From Candidatus Hydrogenedens sp. (GTDB lineage Bacteria > Hydrogenedentota > Hydrogenedentia > Hydrogenedentales > Hydrogenedentaceae), in contig JBMFRC010000009.1 of the NCBI GenBank assembly GCA_049968235.1, forward strand, positions 1 through 64,000: a stretch of DNA of 64,000 nucleotides. The letters are read 5' to 3'. Shown in pieces: positions 46,277 through 56,258 of this stretch. A model generated the notes under the pieces. It was not told the DNA's origin, did not search any database, and saw only the letters and a program-made list of their open reading frames with translations. The position numbers and the translations under genes were made by a program. Positions within the stretch are counted from its first letter, which is position 1. Each line of letters begins with the position of its first letter.

Positions 46277-46903
46277 ATGAATGCAATGGTGCAATTTAAA
46301 TCAAATGTTTTGGGGATAAATTCTCCGACATCTGCTCAACGAACGGAAGTAATCAAAGAAATGAGTTCTTTGTATCAAGCGAAAAGAAAAGGATTACTTC
46401 AAAATTACCTAAAGAAAGTTATTGAATCAACAGATGCAAAAACTTTATCGGTTGCAAAGTCTGTTGATACGCCGTCCACCAGTAATAATACAGGGACAAT
46501 TCGAACTCCATCAAGAGAATTAAGTTCAGATACATTTTTACAATTACTTGTTATGCAAATGCAATATCAAGACCCATTGGAACCTGTTCAAAATACAGAA
46601 ATGCTTGCCCAATTAGCTCAATTTTCAGCACTGGAACAAACCATTAAAACAAATACAAATATAGCATTATTACAGCAAGAAATCCAGACTTTATCCCAGA
46701 ATGTGCAATTTATGTCTATGAACGCCAGTCAACAGATGATTGGTAGATACATTGAAGGTTCTTCACAAGATGGAACATCTGTAAAAGGGAAAGTGGATGC
46801 GGTATCCATTGAGAATGGGACAGTCTTTTTAAATGTAGGTTCGGATAAAGTTCCTATTACTCAGGTTCAAAGTGTCCGAGTAGAACAACCCAATACAAAG
46901 TGA
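46277..46903 (+). CDS. flgD: Flagellar hook capping/assembly protein FlgD
   Basis: FLQLLVMQMQYQDPLEPVQNTEMLAQLAQFSALEQ. Confidence 0.85.
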   Translation: MNAMVQFKSNVLGINSPTSAQRTEVIKEMSSLYQAKRKGLLQNYLKKVIESTDAKTLSVAKSVDTPSTSNNTGTIRTPSRELSSDTFLQLLVMQMQYQDPLEPVQNTEMLAQLAQFSALEQTIKTNTNIALLQQEIQTLSQNVQFMSMNASQQMIGRYIEGSSQDGTSVKGKVDAVSIENGTVFLNVGSDKVPITQVQSVRVEQPNTK

Positions 46904-46977
46904 CGAAACATTCATCTGAAATGAAAAGAAGAGTCCTAAATATAAATTAAACCAATAAACCATAAGGAGATATAACT

Positions 46978-48237
46978 ATGGGAATGGCAATGTTAACAGC
47001 AGTAACAGGCTTACAGTCGCATCAACGACGGTTGGATGTAATTGCAAACAATATTGCAAATGTAAACACTGTAGGTTACCGTTCTTCTCGTGTTCTTTTT
47101 CAGGATTTGTTTTCTCAATTGTTAAGAGGTGGTTCTGCTCCGGTAGGGAATTTTGGAGGTTCCAATCCGCAACAGGTGGGGTTGGGTGTGCGTATCGCAA
47201 GTATTGATGTCAATCATCAACAAGGGTCACTTTTGTCTACCGGAGTTTCTTCGGATTTGGCAATACAGGGCAATGGTTTTTTTGTGTTGAGTGATGGACA
47301 AAAAATTGCTTTTACGCGGGATGGCTCCTTTGATTTAAACTCTAATGGGTTGCTTATTGACCCTGCTACTGGTATGCGCGTGCAAGGATATATTGCAGAT
47401 GATACCGGTGTTGTCAATACAGACCAGCCAGCACAGGATATTTCCATCCCCATTGGAAGTGCAGGGATTGTTCGTTCTACTACCAATGTGTATCTTATTG
47501 GAAATCTAAATGCGAATGCTCCTACGACTCCTACTCCAACTACAGTAACAAGGACAGTAGAGGTTTACGATTCTTTAGGTACTGCACAATTGGTAACTTT
47601 ATCATTTACGAAACAGGCAACCCCTGCAAACCAGTGGACATGGGAAGCTTCATACGACGGAAATACTGTAGGTAGTGGAGCATTAACATTTAGTACTTCT
47701 GGCACATTACCATCAGGCACTACAGGAACGATAACAATTCCTGGTGCATTAATGAATACAACAGGTTCTCAACCCAATGATTTAACATTCAATATTGATT
47801 TTAGTGAAATCACTCAATTGGCAACAGATAGTAGCACAGGTAGTGATGTTACAGTTCGTTCACAGGATGGTTTTCCAAGAGGTGTCCTTGAAAGTTTTAA
47901 TATCGGTGCCAATGGTGAAATTGTAGGAGTATTCAGCAACGGACTTACCCGCGTTTTTGCTCAGGTAGCCCTGGCAACATTTTCCAATGTAGGGGGATTG
48001 GTTCGCGATGGGAATAACATGTTCCTTGAAACCCCTGCATCCGGGGTCGCTCAAGTAGGTCCTCCCCGTTCTGGTAGTAGGGGAACTGTTTCCGGTGGTG
48101 TTCTGGAAAGTTCCAATGTAGATTTAGGTACAGAATTTAGTTCTTTAATTGTAACACAACGCGGATTTCAAGCAAATGCCCGAACCATAACTGCTGCGGA
48201 TACACTTCTTCAAGAGACCGTTAATTTAGGTAGATAA
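46978..48237 (+). CDS. flgE: Flagellar hook protein FlgE
   Basis: N-terminal LQSHQRRLDVIANNIANVNTVGYR and C-terminal SNVDLGTEFSSLIVTQRGFQANARTITAAD. Confidence 0.9.
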   Translation: MGMAMLTAVTGLQSHQRRLDVIANNIANVNTVGYRSSRVLFQDLFSQLLRGGSAPVGNFGGSNPQQVGLGVRIASIDVNHQQGSLLSTGVSSDLAIQGNGFFVLSDGQKIAFTRDGSFDLNSNGLLIDPATGMRVQGYIADDTGVVNTDQPAQDISIPIGSAGIVRSTTNVYLIGNLNANAPTTPTPTTVTRTVEVYDSLGTAQLVTLSFTKQATPANQWTWEASYDGNTVGSGALTFSTSGTLPSGTTGTITIPGALMNTTGSQPNDLTFNIDFSEITQLATDSSTGSDVTVRSQDGFPRGVLESFNIGANGEIVGVFSNGLTRVFAQVALATFSNVGGLVRDGNNMFLETPASGVAQVGPPRSGSRGTVSGGVLESSNVDLGTEFSSLIVTQRGFQANARTITAADTLLQETVNLGR

Positions 48238-48286
48238 TCTTAATACATGATTTCATTAACAAAAAAATCCTACTAATTCCAAATAA

Positions 48287-48320
48287 GGCTGAGGCTTGAA
48301 AACCTCAGCCTATTTTTTTA
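48287..48320 (+). terminator. Rho-independent terminator after flgE (GGCTGAGG-cttgaaaa-CCTCAGCC followed by T7)
   Basis: aaGGCTGAGGcttgaaaaCCTCAGCCtattttttt. Confidence 0.75.
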
Positions 48321-48438
48321 GTAGAATTGTAATAGCAAAGAGAGATTAAATCATGTTAAAATCAGAGACGAAGAGGTGTTTTATGTTGATGAAAAGAAAT
48401 GAAAATTTCTATATGAATAACATAGAAAAGGGAGTTCT

Positions 48439-49212
48439 ATGGATTTAGCAACTGTAATAGGACTGATTGCAGGTATATCTTTGACACTTATATCTATTCT
48501 GATGGGAGGGTCCATTACAATCTTTATAAATATACCTTCTTTCATTCTCGTTGTGGGAGGGACTATTGCATCTACACTAATTAATTATCCATTGAGCGAT
48601 GTGTTAAAGGTCTTTAATACAGTAAAGAATTCATTCATTCAGAAACTTACACCTGTCGAAACTTTGATTGAAAAGATTATTGAATTTGCCACTATTGCAC
48701 GAAGAGAGGGTATCCTTGCTCTCGAAGGACCTGCATCGGAATTAGACGACGAGTTTTTGCAACGAGGTATACAACTTGCGATTGATGGAACCGCACCCGA
48801 ATTGCTTAAAGACATTCTTACGACAGAATTGGCGTTTATGGAAGATAGACATGCGTTGGGGCAATCAGTTCTTTCTGCGATGGCTGCTTATGCTCCTGCC
48901 TTCGGAATGATAGGAACATTAATTGGTTTGGTGCAAATGCTTGCTACAATGGAAGACCCATCTCAAATTGGTATTGGTATGGCTGTTGCAATCTTAACTA
49001 CATTGTATGGAGCATTAATCGCTAACTTAATTATGTTGCCTCTTGCAGGAAAATTAAAAGTCAGAACCGCAGAAGAACTCCTTTTAAGGGAACTTATTAT
49101 TGAAGGTATTTTATCAATTCAATCAGGAGATAATCCTCGTGTTGTGGAACAGAAGTTAAAAGCATTTATTGCTCCTGAATTGCGAAAACGGATTGTAACA
49201 GGGAAAAAGTAG
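48439..49212 (+). CDS. motA: Flagellar motor stator protein MotA
   Basis: Four TM segments with MotA/TolQ/ExbB channel motifs (AAYAPAFGMIGTLIGLVQML). Confidence 0.85.
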   Translation: MDLATVIGLIAGISLTLISILMGGSITIFINIPSFILVVGGTIASTLINYPLSDVLKVFNTVKNSFIQKLTPVETLIEKIIEFATIARREGILALEGPASELDDEFLQRGIQLAIDGTAPELLKDILTTELAFMEDRHALGQSVLSAMAAYAPAFGMIGTLIGLVQMLATMEDPSQIGIGMAVAILTTLYGALIANLIMLPLAGKLKVRTAEELLLRELIIEGILSIQSGDNPRVVEQKLKAFIAPELRKRIVTGKK

Positions 49213-49218
49213 GACATT

Positions 49219-49956
49219 ATGGCAAAGGAAAGAAAAAAGCAACCTGAAGGAGAAGGGGGAGCCCCTGGATGGGTAGTTACTTACGGAGATATGATGAGCC
49301 TATTACTAACTTTCTTTATTCTCCTCGTATCATTTTCGTCTATTAGTGAAGAAGACTTTAAGAAAGCAATGGGCTCATTGGAAGGCGCTTTAAGTGTGCT
49401 TCCAAAGAATGCAGGTGTTTTAGATTTACAAATGTTGAATCGGAGAGAACAGCAAAGAAAAATGCAGCAGGCAGCACAAAAAATAGCGGAAGAATTACAA
49501 ATTTTGGGACAAGATAAACAGGTCAAGGTAGAATATGATGCAAAAGGAGGAATCAAGATAACCTTTCCTGATTCTGTCTTATTTGATAGAGGAAGTGCAG
49601 ACCTGAAACCCGAGTCTTTTCCTATTATTGAAAGTGTGTCAAAGACATTAGAAGAACTTACGGATGTCTTTGTAGAAATAAAGGGGCATACAGATAATAC
49701 CCCTATAGTGAATAATCCTCGATATAGAGATAACTATGACCTGAGTTATTACCGCTCCGACCAGGTTATGCGTAAAATGCTTTCTATTAGTTCTCTTACT
49801 CCGGAGATGTTTGAAATTACTGCTTGTGGTTCAAGCCAGCCTATATCAACAAATTTAACTGAGGAAGGAAGAAAAGAAAATCGTCGTGTTGAGATTTTCG
49901 TGCGAGGTTTTGTGAGTGAGGAAAAGATGGAAATGATACAAAAGGGTATGCCTTGA
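49219..49956 (+). CDS. motB: Flagellar motor protein MotB (OmpA-like C-terminal domain)
   Basis: N-terminal TM plus OmpA-like HTDN...NRRVEI. Confidence 0.85.
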   Translation: MAKERKKQPEGEGGAPGWVVTYGDMMSLLLTFFILLVSFSSISEEDFKKAMGSLEGALSVLPKNAGVLDLQMLNRREQQRKMQQAAQKIAEELQILGQDKQVKVEYDAKGGIKITFPDSVLFDRGSADLKPESFPIIESVSKTLEELTDVFVEIKGHTDNTPIVNNPRYRDNYDLSYYRSDQVMRKMLSISSLTPEMFEITACGSSQPISTNLTEEGRKENRRVEIFVRGFVSEEKMEMIQKGMP

Positions 49957-50022
49957 TTTTATTTTTCAGAATGTGTTTTTCTATTATTACAATGGATATA
50001 AACAGAATAAGGAATAATTTTT

Positions 50023-50571
50023 ATGGCAGATGAAAAACCACCGGAACAACAGGAACAAAAGAAATCATCATCAAGCCTTATAAAATTGCTCCTGATAGGG
50101 GGGGCGAGCGTGCTAATTCCAGCAATTAGTGCAATTGTTGTATTTATGTTTGTTTTACGCCCTATGCTATTAACAGATGACACAGAAGGGAAAGATACAC
50201 CTGCAACTGTTGATACTACTGATGCGATACCTGCAACGGCAGTGATAGTAAAGTTTGATGAGACACAGGCAACGGTAATTACACAAAAGTCAGATGCACC
50301 TGCACCCTTGCTAATTTATCAAGTTGCAATGTCCTGCTCCGGACCCGAGGTATCTGCTGTAATTGAGGGGAAAAAAGAATATTTTACAGCATTGATTAAT
50401 AAAATACATCGGAATCGTTCACGAACCGAACTTAATGACCCCGGTGTCCAGGAAGCATTATTAAGACAGACAAAAAATGAGGCAAATCAATTGTTAAATA
50501 AGTTATCTCCCGGTATTCAGGGGTCTATTCTCGAAGTAATGTATATTAAATATACGATTGTGGACTTATAA
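50023..50571 (+). CDS. fliL: Flagellar basal body-associated protein FliL
   Basis: Single TM then FliL-like periplasmic domain. Position after motB. Confidence 0.7.
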   Translation: MADEKPPEQQEQKKSSSSLIKLLLIGGASVLIPAISAIVVFMFVLRPMLLTDDTEGKDTPATVDTTDAIPATAVIVKFDETQATVITQKSDAPAPLLIYQVAMSCSGPEVSAVIEGKKEYFTALINKIHRNRSRTELNDPGVQEALLRQTKNEANQLLNKLSPGIQGSILEVMYIKYTIVDL

Positions 50572-50573
50572 TA

Positions 50574-50906
50574 ATGGCTATACAAAATCCCGAAAATATA
50601 TCTGATTTTGTTCCTGATGAAGATTTGGAAAAGGAAACGTCTCCTTCCGCTGTTCATCTAACTCTAAATGATTTAGCAATGATTCCTATTAAGGTGAGTG
50701 CGGAGTTGGGAAGATGCTCTATAAAAATAAAAGATATTCTGAAATTAGATAAGGGGTCTATTGTTACATTAAATAAACAAGCAGGTGAATTGGCAGATAT
50801 ATTTTTTAATGGCATCCTTATAGGTAGAGGAGAGATGATAGTTTTAGCGGACACTTTACATATACGTATAGTTGAAATAGAGGGTTTTAAAAGAGATGAA
50901 GAATAG
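50574..50906 (+). CDS. fliN: Flagellar motor switch protein FliN (SpoA domain only)
   Basis: LNDLAMIPIKVSAELGRCSIKIKDILKLDKGSIVTLNKQAGELADIFFNGILIGRGEMIV. Confidence 0.85.
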   Translation: MAIQNPENISDFVPDEDLEKETSPSAVHLTLNDLAMIPIKVSAELGRCSIKIKDILKLDKGSIVTLNKQAGELADIFFNGILIGRGEMIVLADTLHIRIVEIEGFKRDEE

Positions 50907-51705
50907 AAAAAATTTTTTTAGCGTAGTTTTCTTTTTATTCCTGCTATTCTATGGTGTTTATATTTTTGCAGAAAACAATTTTTCATCTGGGAATGACAGT
51001 GTTCTTGACAAATTAAAAGACCCTAAGCAATATGTCGAAAAAAATAATGAAGGCGGTGCCATGTCCACAAAAAATACGGAAGCAGTTCCGGAAAAGGAGA
51101 ATAACCCCTCTAATACGAATACATGGTTTTCCCAACATCAGAAGGTTTGGAGTTCCGAGCAAACAACCACTGGGAATACAGAAGGAGAAAATGTATCTTC
51201 AAATAGTTCCAATACAACGGAGACTTCCTGGATATATTATTTCTTTAGAACACTTGTTGCTCTTATCTTTGTCATCGGTTTAATACTGGTATTATTAGGA
51301 GTACTTCGTTACTTTTCAAACAAAACACATCGAGGGATGAAATCTATTGGAAAAATTGTAGGTGTTCTTTATTTATCTCCGCGTACACGGATTTATTATG
51401 TTCAGGGTGCTGGGAAAGTGTTTGTTCTAGGAGTTTCGGGAGACCAGATGAATTTGTTATTTGTCTTTTCAGAGGATGAATTTTTCGCATCTATTGCAAA
51501 TGAAGATAGTACAGAGTCTTCTTATTCTCAAAAAACATTTAAGAAGGTTCTGGATGATGTAGAAACGAGGATACAATCACAAAGTTCTTCTAAAATGCCC
51601 GAAGTATCAGAGAATATAGACGATGAATTGGCTTCTTTGAAAGTAAATATACAAAGATTACAGCAAGCGATACGAGAAGAAACAAATAATGCATCAGACC
51701 AGTAG
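50896..51705 (+). CDS. fliO: Flagellar biosynthesis protein FliO/FliZ-like (with extended N-terminal secreted region)
   Basis: TM helix (LVALIFVIGLILVLLGVLRYF) followed by FliO-family block (IGKIVGVLYLSPRTRIYYVQGAGKVFVLGVSGDQMNLL). Position before fliP. Confidence 0.65.
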   Translation: MKNRKNFFSVVFFLFLLFYGVYIFAENNFSSGNDSVLDKLKDPKQYVEKNNEGGAMSTKNTEAVPEKENNPSNTNTWFSQHQKVWSSEQTTTGNTEGENVSSNSSNTTETSWIYYFFRTLVALIFVIGLILVLLGVLRYFSNKTHRGMKSIGKIVGVLYLSPRTRIYYVQGAGKVFVLGVSGDQMNLLFVFSEDEFFASIANEDSTESSYSQKTFKKVLDDVETRIQSQSSSKMPEVSENIDDELASLKVNIQRLQQAIREETNNASDQ

Positions 51706-52513
51706 AATTTTTAATATGAGGATAAAAAAAAAGAGTATTTTAAACAATAAAAAAATGGGATTTTTTTTTGTTTGTTTTTCCGTTTTATTGCTATTCGATT
51801 CCTTTGCGCAACCTTCTCGAAATTCAATAACCAATCCCACAGGCATAAATATTGTCGGAACAGCACAGCAAGCAATAGACCCTGAAAATCTATCTACCAC
51901 ATTAACACTGGTAATACTTATTACCGCACTTACATTAGCACCTGCAATTCTCGTATTAACCACATCTTTTACGAGGATAATCGTAGTTCTTGCTTTCCTT
52001 CGACAGGCATTAGCAATACAACAGACCCCTCCCAATCAAGTTTTAATTGGCTTATCTCTATTTTTAACTATGTTTATTATGATGCCAACCTATGAGCGAG
52101 TTAATCGTGAATCGATACAACCTTATATTCAACAGCAAATTAGCCAATCGGAAGCATTTAATCGTGCTTTAATTCCTATCCGCGAATTTATGTTCAAACA
52201 AACAAAGCCTCAGGAACTCAAAACGATGTTGCAAATATCAGGAAGGGGTAGACCCAATACCCCGGATGATGTCCCCACACATGTTCTTATACCTGCTTTT
52301 GTTTTGAGTGAACTTAAAACGGCTTTTATGATAGGTTTTTTATTATATATTCCCTTTTTAATTATTGATATGGTAGTAGCAAGTACATTAATGTCTATGG
52401 GCATGATGATGCTACCTCCAATTTTCGTCTCGTTACCTTTTAAGATAATTCTTTTCGTTCTTGTAGATGGATGGACATTAGTTGTAGGCAATTTGGTAAA
52501 AAGTTTCCAATAG
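51689..52513 (+). CDS. fliP: Flagellar biosynthesis protein FliP
   Basis: FTRIIVVLAFLRQALAIQQTPPNQVLIGLSLFLTMFIMMP and C-terminal FliP motifs. True start may be an internal ATG (51716 or 51755). Confidence 0.85.
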   Translation: MHQTSRIFNMRIKKKSILNNKKMGFFFVCFSVLLLFDSFAQPSRNSITNPTGINIVGTAQQAIDPENLSTTLTLVILITALTLAPAILVLTTSFTRIIVVLAFLRQALAIQQTPPNQVLIGLSLFLTMFIMMPTYERVNRESIQPYIQQQISQSEAFNRALIPIREFMFKQTKPQELKTMLQISGRGRPNTPDDVPTHVLIPAFVLSELKTAFMIGFLLYIPFLIIDMVVASTLMSMGMMMLPPIFVSLPFKIILFVLVDGWTLVVGNLVKSFQ

Positions 52514-52525
52514 AAGGACTATTTT

Positions 52526-52975
52526 ATGGATTTAGCGAAAATAGTTAAAATATTTATAATTTTAGGGATAATTATCATTGGTGTCCCTATTTTAATTCAA
52601 TTTCTCCCTGCTCCACTGAGTATGGAACGTATTATAGAAGGATTTAAAAAATCCGATTTAGGAGTGGTAGAAATACAGAATATTAATCCCCCAATGAATG
52701 AGGCAATTGCTCAAATAAGTTTTAAGGTAGGCGATGCTTTTGTGAATGTGTATCAGTATGATAATGAAGGAACTATTGCACGATATGCGGAGATGTATAA
52801 AAAAGACCCGGGTACTGCAATCGTTGAAGCATGGGGGTTGGCTCAATCATTAGGTGCAGCTCCTTCAAAAAACAAGCCGGAACGCGTAGCACGGCGCAAG
52901 ATGTTTCTTTTAGTTGCACAGGGAGAAGATAAATCGCTATTAGAACATATCGTTAAAATTTTTACAAGTCTGTAA
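52526..52975 (+). CDS. Hypothetical membrane-anchored protein (149 aa) where fliQ would be expected
   Basis: Strong RBS GAAGGA (7-nt spacer). N-terminal TM helix then soluble domain. Not FliQ-like (too long, single TM). Confidence 0.55.
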   Translation: MDLAKIVKIFIILGIIIIGVPILIQFLPAPLSMERIIEGFKKSDLGVVEIQNINPPMNEAIAQISFKVGDAFVNVYQYDNEGTIARYAEMYKKDPGTAIVEAWGLAQSLGAAPSKNKPERVARRKMFLLVAQGEDKSLLEHIVKIFTSL

Positions 52976-53000
52976 AATTGTATCAACAAAATTGTTTTAA

Positions 53001-55040
53001 TTATTCATTCCCCGCTTCACGGGATTTTTCATAGGCAGAGATAATATCTTTCGCAATAAATTCAGGAACTTCATCATAATGGCTGAATTTCAGGTCAAAA
53101 GTCCCTCTACCGCCGGTCATACTTCTTAAATCTGTTGCATAACGGAGAATTTCTGATTCAGGGACCAATGCCCGTATCTGCTGTAGACCACCTCCGATAG
53201 GTTCCATACCTAATATTCTTCCACGACGACTATTTAAATCACCTGTAATATCGCCCATGAACTCTTCAGGAACAGTTACGGAAATCTCCATAATAGGTTC
53301 TAATATACATGGATTTGCTTCACGAACACCCTTTTGTATAGCAAGAGAAGCTGCGATTTTGAAAGCAAGTTCCGAAGAGTCAACCGTGTGATAAGAACCG
53401 AAAAACAAATCAACGACGATATCTACAACAGGATGTCCCGAAATTACACCTTTTGCCAGTGCCTCCTGAGCCCCTTTATCAACAGCAGGAATGTATTGCT
53501 TCGGTACAACACCTCCTACAATGCTATCAACAAATTTATAACCGGCTCCGCGTTCATTCGGTGAAAGTCGAAGATGAACATCGCCATATTGTCCGTGTCC
53601 ACCGGTCTGTTTTTTGTATTTTCCCTGAACTTCTGCTTTACCACGAATGGTTTCTTTGTAGGCAACCTTAGGGAGACGGGTTTCTGCTTCTACATTGTAT
53701 TTCCGTTTCATTCGATTTAATAAAATTTCAATCTGTAAATCGCCCATCCCACGGATTACATGTTCCCCGGTTTCATTATCTCTATAGTGACTGAAGGTAG
53801 GGTCTTCTTCTGCCATACGGTTTAGCGCTTCACCAATACGGTCTTCATCGTTTCTTGATTTAGGAGAAATGGCTAATTTAACCATAGAACGCGGTAATTC
53901 AATTGTAGGAAGTTTTATCTCATTTCCCGAAACAGTCAAAGTATCCCCAAAATGAGTATTCTTCAATTTTGTCATTGCTGCAATATCTCCGGGACCCACT
54001 TCGGCTACCTGCTTTTGTTCCTTTCCTATTAACATTACAATTTTACCAGAACGCTCTTTTGTCTGTGTAGAACTGTTATAAAAATCGGAATCTGACCGTA
54101 GAGTGCCGGAAAATACACGGAAATAAGTAAGATGTCCTACAAATGGGTCCACCATGGAGCGGAATACCTGAGCCACGAAGGGACCATCAGGGTTAGGCGT
54201 TATAACTACATCTTCACCAGCAGAATTCTTCGCCACAACAGTCCGTTCTAATGGATTGGGGAATGAGTTAGCTATAATGTCCAACAATTCTTCATGACCA
54301 ATTCCTTTGGTAACACTGCCTGCGATAATGGGTATAATTTTTCCTGTGCTAATTCCTTTTTGAAGTCCTTTGTCAAATTCCTCCTGAGATAACTCAAAAG
54401 TTTCCAGATATTTTTCCATGAGTGCTTCATCTGTTTCAGCAACCACTTCTACGATGGCTTCTTTTGCCTTTTCTGCTTCAGCACCTAAAACAGATGCATC
54501 TCCTGTAACGATATTAACAACACCACTCAAATTTGCAGATTGTCCTATGGGCATTACAATTGGAACACAGTGTTTACCATAAGCATTCTGAATTTTTTCT
54601 ACAACCTCATTAAAATTGGTATGTTCGCGGTCTAATTTATTAATAAAGATAGCCCGGGGAATTTGTCTCTTTTCTGCATATTTCCATGCTATATCAGTTC
54701 CTACCTGAACACCTGTAGTTGCATCTACTAAAATGACCAATGCATCAAGGACTGTGGAAGATGCACATAATTCCCCGATAAAATCTGTATAACCGGGATG
54801 GTCAATAATATGTATCCGTGTCCCTTTCCAGTCTAAATGAACTAATTTCATAGCAATGGAACACTTGCGTTCTTTTTCATCTTCCAGATAATCACAAACG
54901 GTGTTCCCATCTTCAATGCTTCCTAAACGACTGGTTAATCCTGCGGAATACAATATTCGTTCAATTAACATTGTTTTCCCAACACCACCATGTCCTGCAA
55001 AACCAACATTACGAACTTTTCTCGGGTCAAACTGTGCCAT
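53001..55040 (-). CDS. Elongation factor G-family GTPase paralog (non-canonical G1 motif)
   Basis: EF-G five-domain layout. G1 AGHGGVGKT instead of AHIDAGKTT, DxxG and NKxD (INKLD) motifs present. Confidence 0.8.
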   Translation of the reverse strand: MAQFDPRKVRNVGFAGHGGVGKTMLIERILYSAGLTSRLGSIEDGNTVCDYLEDEKERKCSIAMKLVHLDWKGTRIHIIDHPGYTDFIGELCASSTVLDALVILVDATTGVQVGTDIAWKYAEKRQIPRAIFINKLDREHTNFNEVVEKIQNAYGKHCVPIVMPIGQSANLSGVVNIVTGDASVLGAEAEKAKEAIVEVVAETDEALMEKYLETFELSQEEFDKGLQKGISTGKIIPIIAGSVTKGIGHEELLDIIANSFPNPLERTVVAKNSAGEDVVITPNPDGPFVAQVFRSMVDPFVGHLTYFRVFSGTLRSDSDFYNSSTQTKERSGKIVMLIGKEQKQVAEVGPGDIAAMTKLKNTHFGDTLTVSGNEIKLPTIELPRSMVKLAISPKSRNDEDRIGEALNRMAEEDPTFSHYRDNETGEHVIRGMGDLQIEILLNRMKRKYNVEAETRLPKVAYKETIRGKAEVQGKYKKQTGGHGQYGDVHLRLSPNERGAGYKFVDSIVGGVVPKQYIPAVDKGAQEALAKGVISGHPVVDIVVDLFFGSYHTVDSSELAFKIAASLAIQKGVREANPCILEPIMEISVTVPEEFMGDITGDLNSRRGRILGMEPIGGGLQQIRALVPESEILRYATDLRSMTGGRGTFDLKFSHYDEVPEFIAKDIISAYEKSREAGNE

Positions 55041-55214
55041 CGGATAACTCCATTCTTATTAGGGTTATAGGATTAAAAATTGAATTTAAAAAGAAAAAAC
55101 TGCACGATTATCCATTTTCATTTAAAATCATAGAGTATGTATTATACTTATTACATATACTAATCCTCAAATTCACAAGCAATTAAAAATTTATAATAAA
55201 TAAGGTATAAAAAT

Positions 55215-56237
55215 ATGTCTTCACCTTTTGTTTTAAGAAGAAATACAAAATCAATACTTTGTGTTGCTTCCCTTCTGATGGTATTCCTTACCCCGTTAGG
55301 ATTTTCTGCTGAAAAAATACGACGACCTAATTTTGCCGAGACATTATATCCGGGAGACCCACCGGTACTGAAAGAAACCATTGAAAAATATTTTGCACAG
55401 GTTCCACCATCTCCGAACACAAATCAAAAACTGGTTGCCTGTATTGTTCCGCACTCGGGGTGGGGATTATGTGGAAACCTCATTGCACGTGCTTTTGCAG
55501 AAATTAAAGAAGAGGAATTTGATGATGTGATTATTCTAGCTCCTTCTCATACTGTCAAATTCGGAGGTTGTTCTTTACCTTCTGTGCAGGGTTTTGCTAC
55601 GCCCTTAGGTGTTATTCGCGTTGATTATGGAAAATTAGAGCAGATGGCTCTATCTCCTTACATTGTGATGCAAGCATTGCAAAAAACATTTCGTCAGGGA
55701 AAGACTGCTATTCATGAAAATGAGTATTCTGTAGAAGTCATTTTACCTATGTTACAGTATAAACTAAAATCTACAAAGATTATGCCTGTTCTCGTCGGAG
55801 AATTTATTGATACTTATGGGAAGAAAAGTGAAAATGTTTTTAGAAATATCGTAGAGACTGTGCGGAGATTTATTACCGGGAAAACACTGCTAATTTTAAG
55901 TACGGATTTAACATCGTGGGGTGCATCATTCAATTATACCCCAGCACCTGCAGAACAAATGCTTGAAACTCAAGAGAAACTGGATAAGGAATTAATTGAA
56001 CTCCTGATGAAAAAAGACCTATCAGGTTTGCAAGATTATTTTGAAAGAACAAAGAACCATGTATGTGGGAAAAATGCAATGTATTTATTTGTCGCCCTTT
56101 TGCCTAAGGATGCTCAAGGGACCTTTTTAGGTTATGAACAGTCCGGAAAAAAATTAAATGTCAAAGATACTTCAATAGGATTTACCGCTATTAATTATTA
56201 TCGTTCTATTTCATCCGAAGTGCCTAACAACTATTAA
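55215..56237 (+). CDS. MEMO1-family protein (AmmeMemoRadiSam system protein B-like) with N-terminal signal peptide
   Basis: Memo-like blocks (RRPNFAETLYPGDP; CIVPHSGWGLCGNLIARAF; VIILAPSH). Confidence 0.65.
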   Translation: MSSPFVLRRNTKSILCVASLLMVFLTPLGFSAEKIRRPNFAETLYPGDPPVLKETIEKYFAQVPPSPNTNQKLVACIVPHSGWGLCGNLIARAFAEIKEEEFDDVIILAPSHTVKFGGCSLPSVQGFATPLGVIRVDYGKLEQMALSPYIVMQALQKTFRQGKTAIHENEYSVEVILPMLQYKLKSTKIMPVLVGEFIDTYGKKSENVFRNIVETVRRFITGKTLLILSTDLTSWGASFNYTPAPAEQMLETQEKLDKELIELLMKKDLSGLQDYFERTKNHVCGKNAMYLFVALLPKDAQGTFLGYEQSGKKLNVKDTSIGFTAINYYRSISSEVPNNY

Positions 56238-56258
56238 TCTATGGGTAAATGTGCAATA

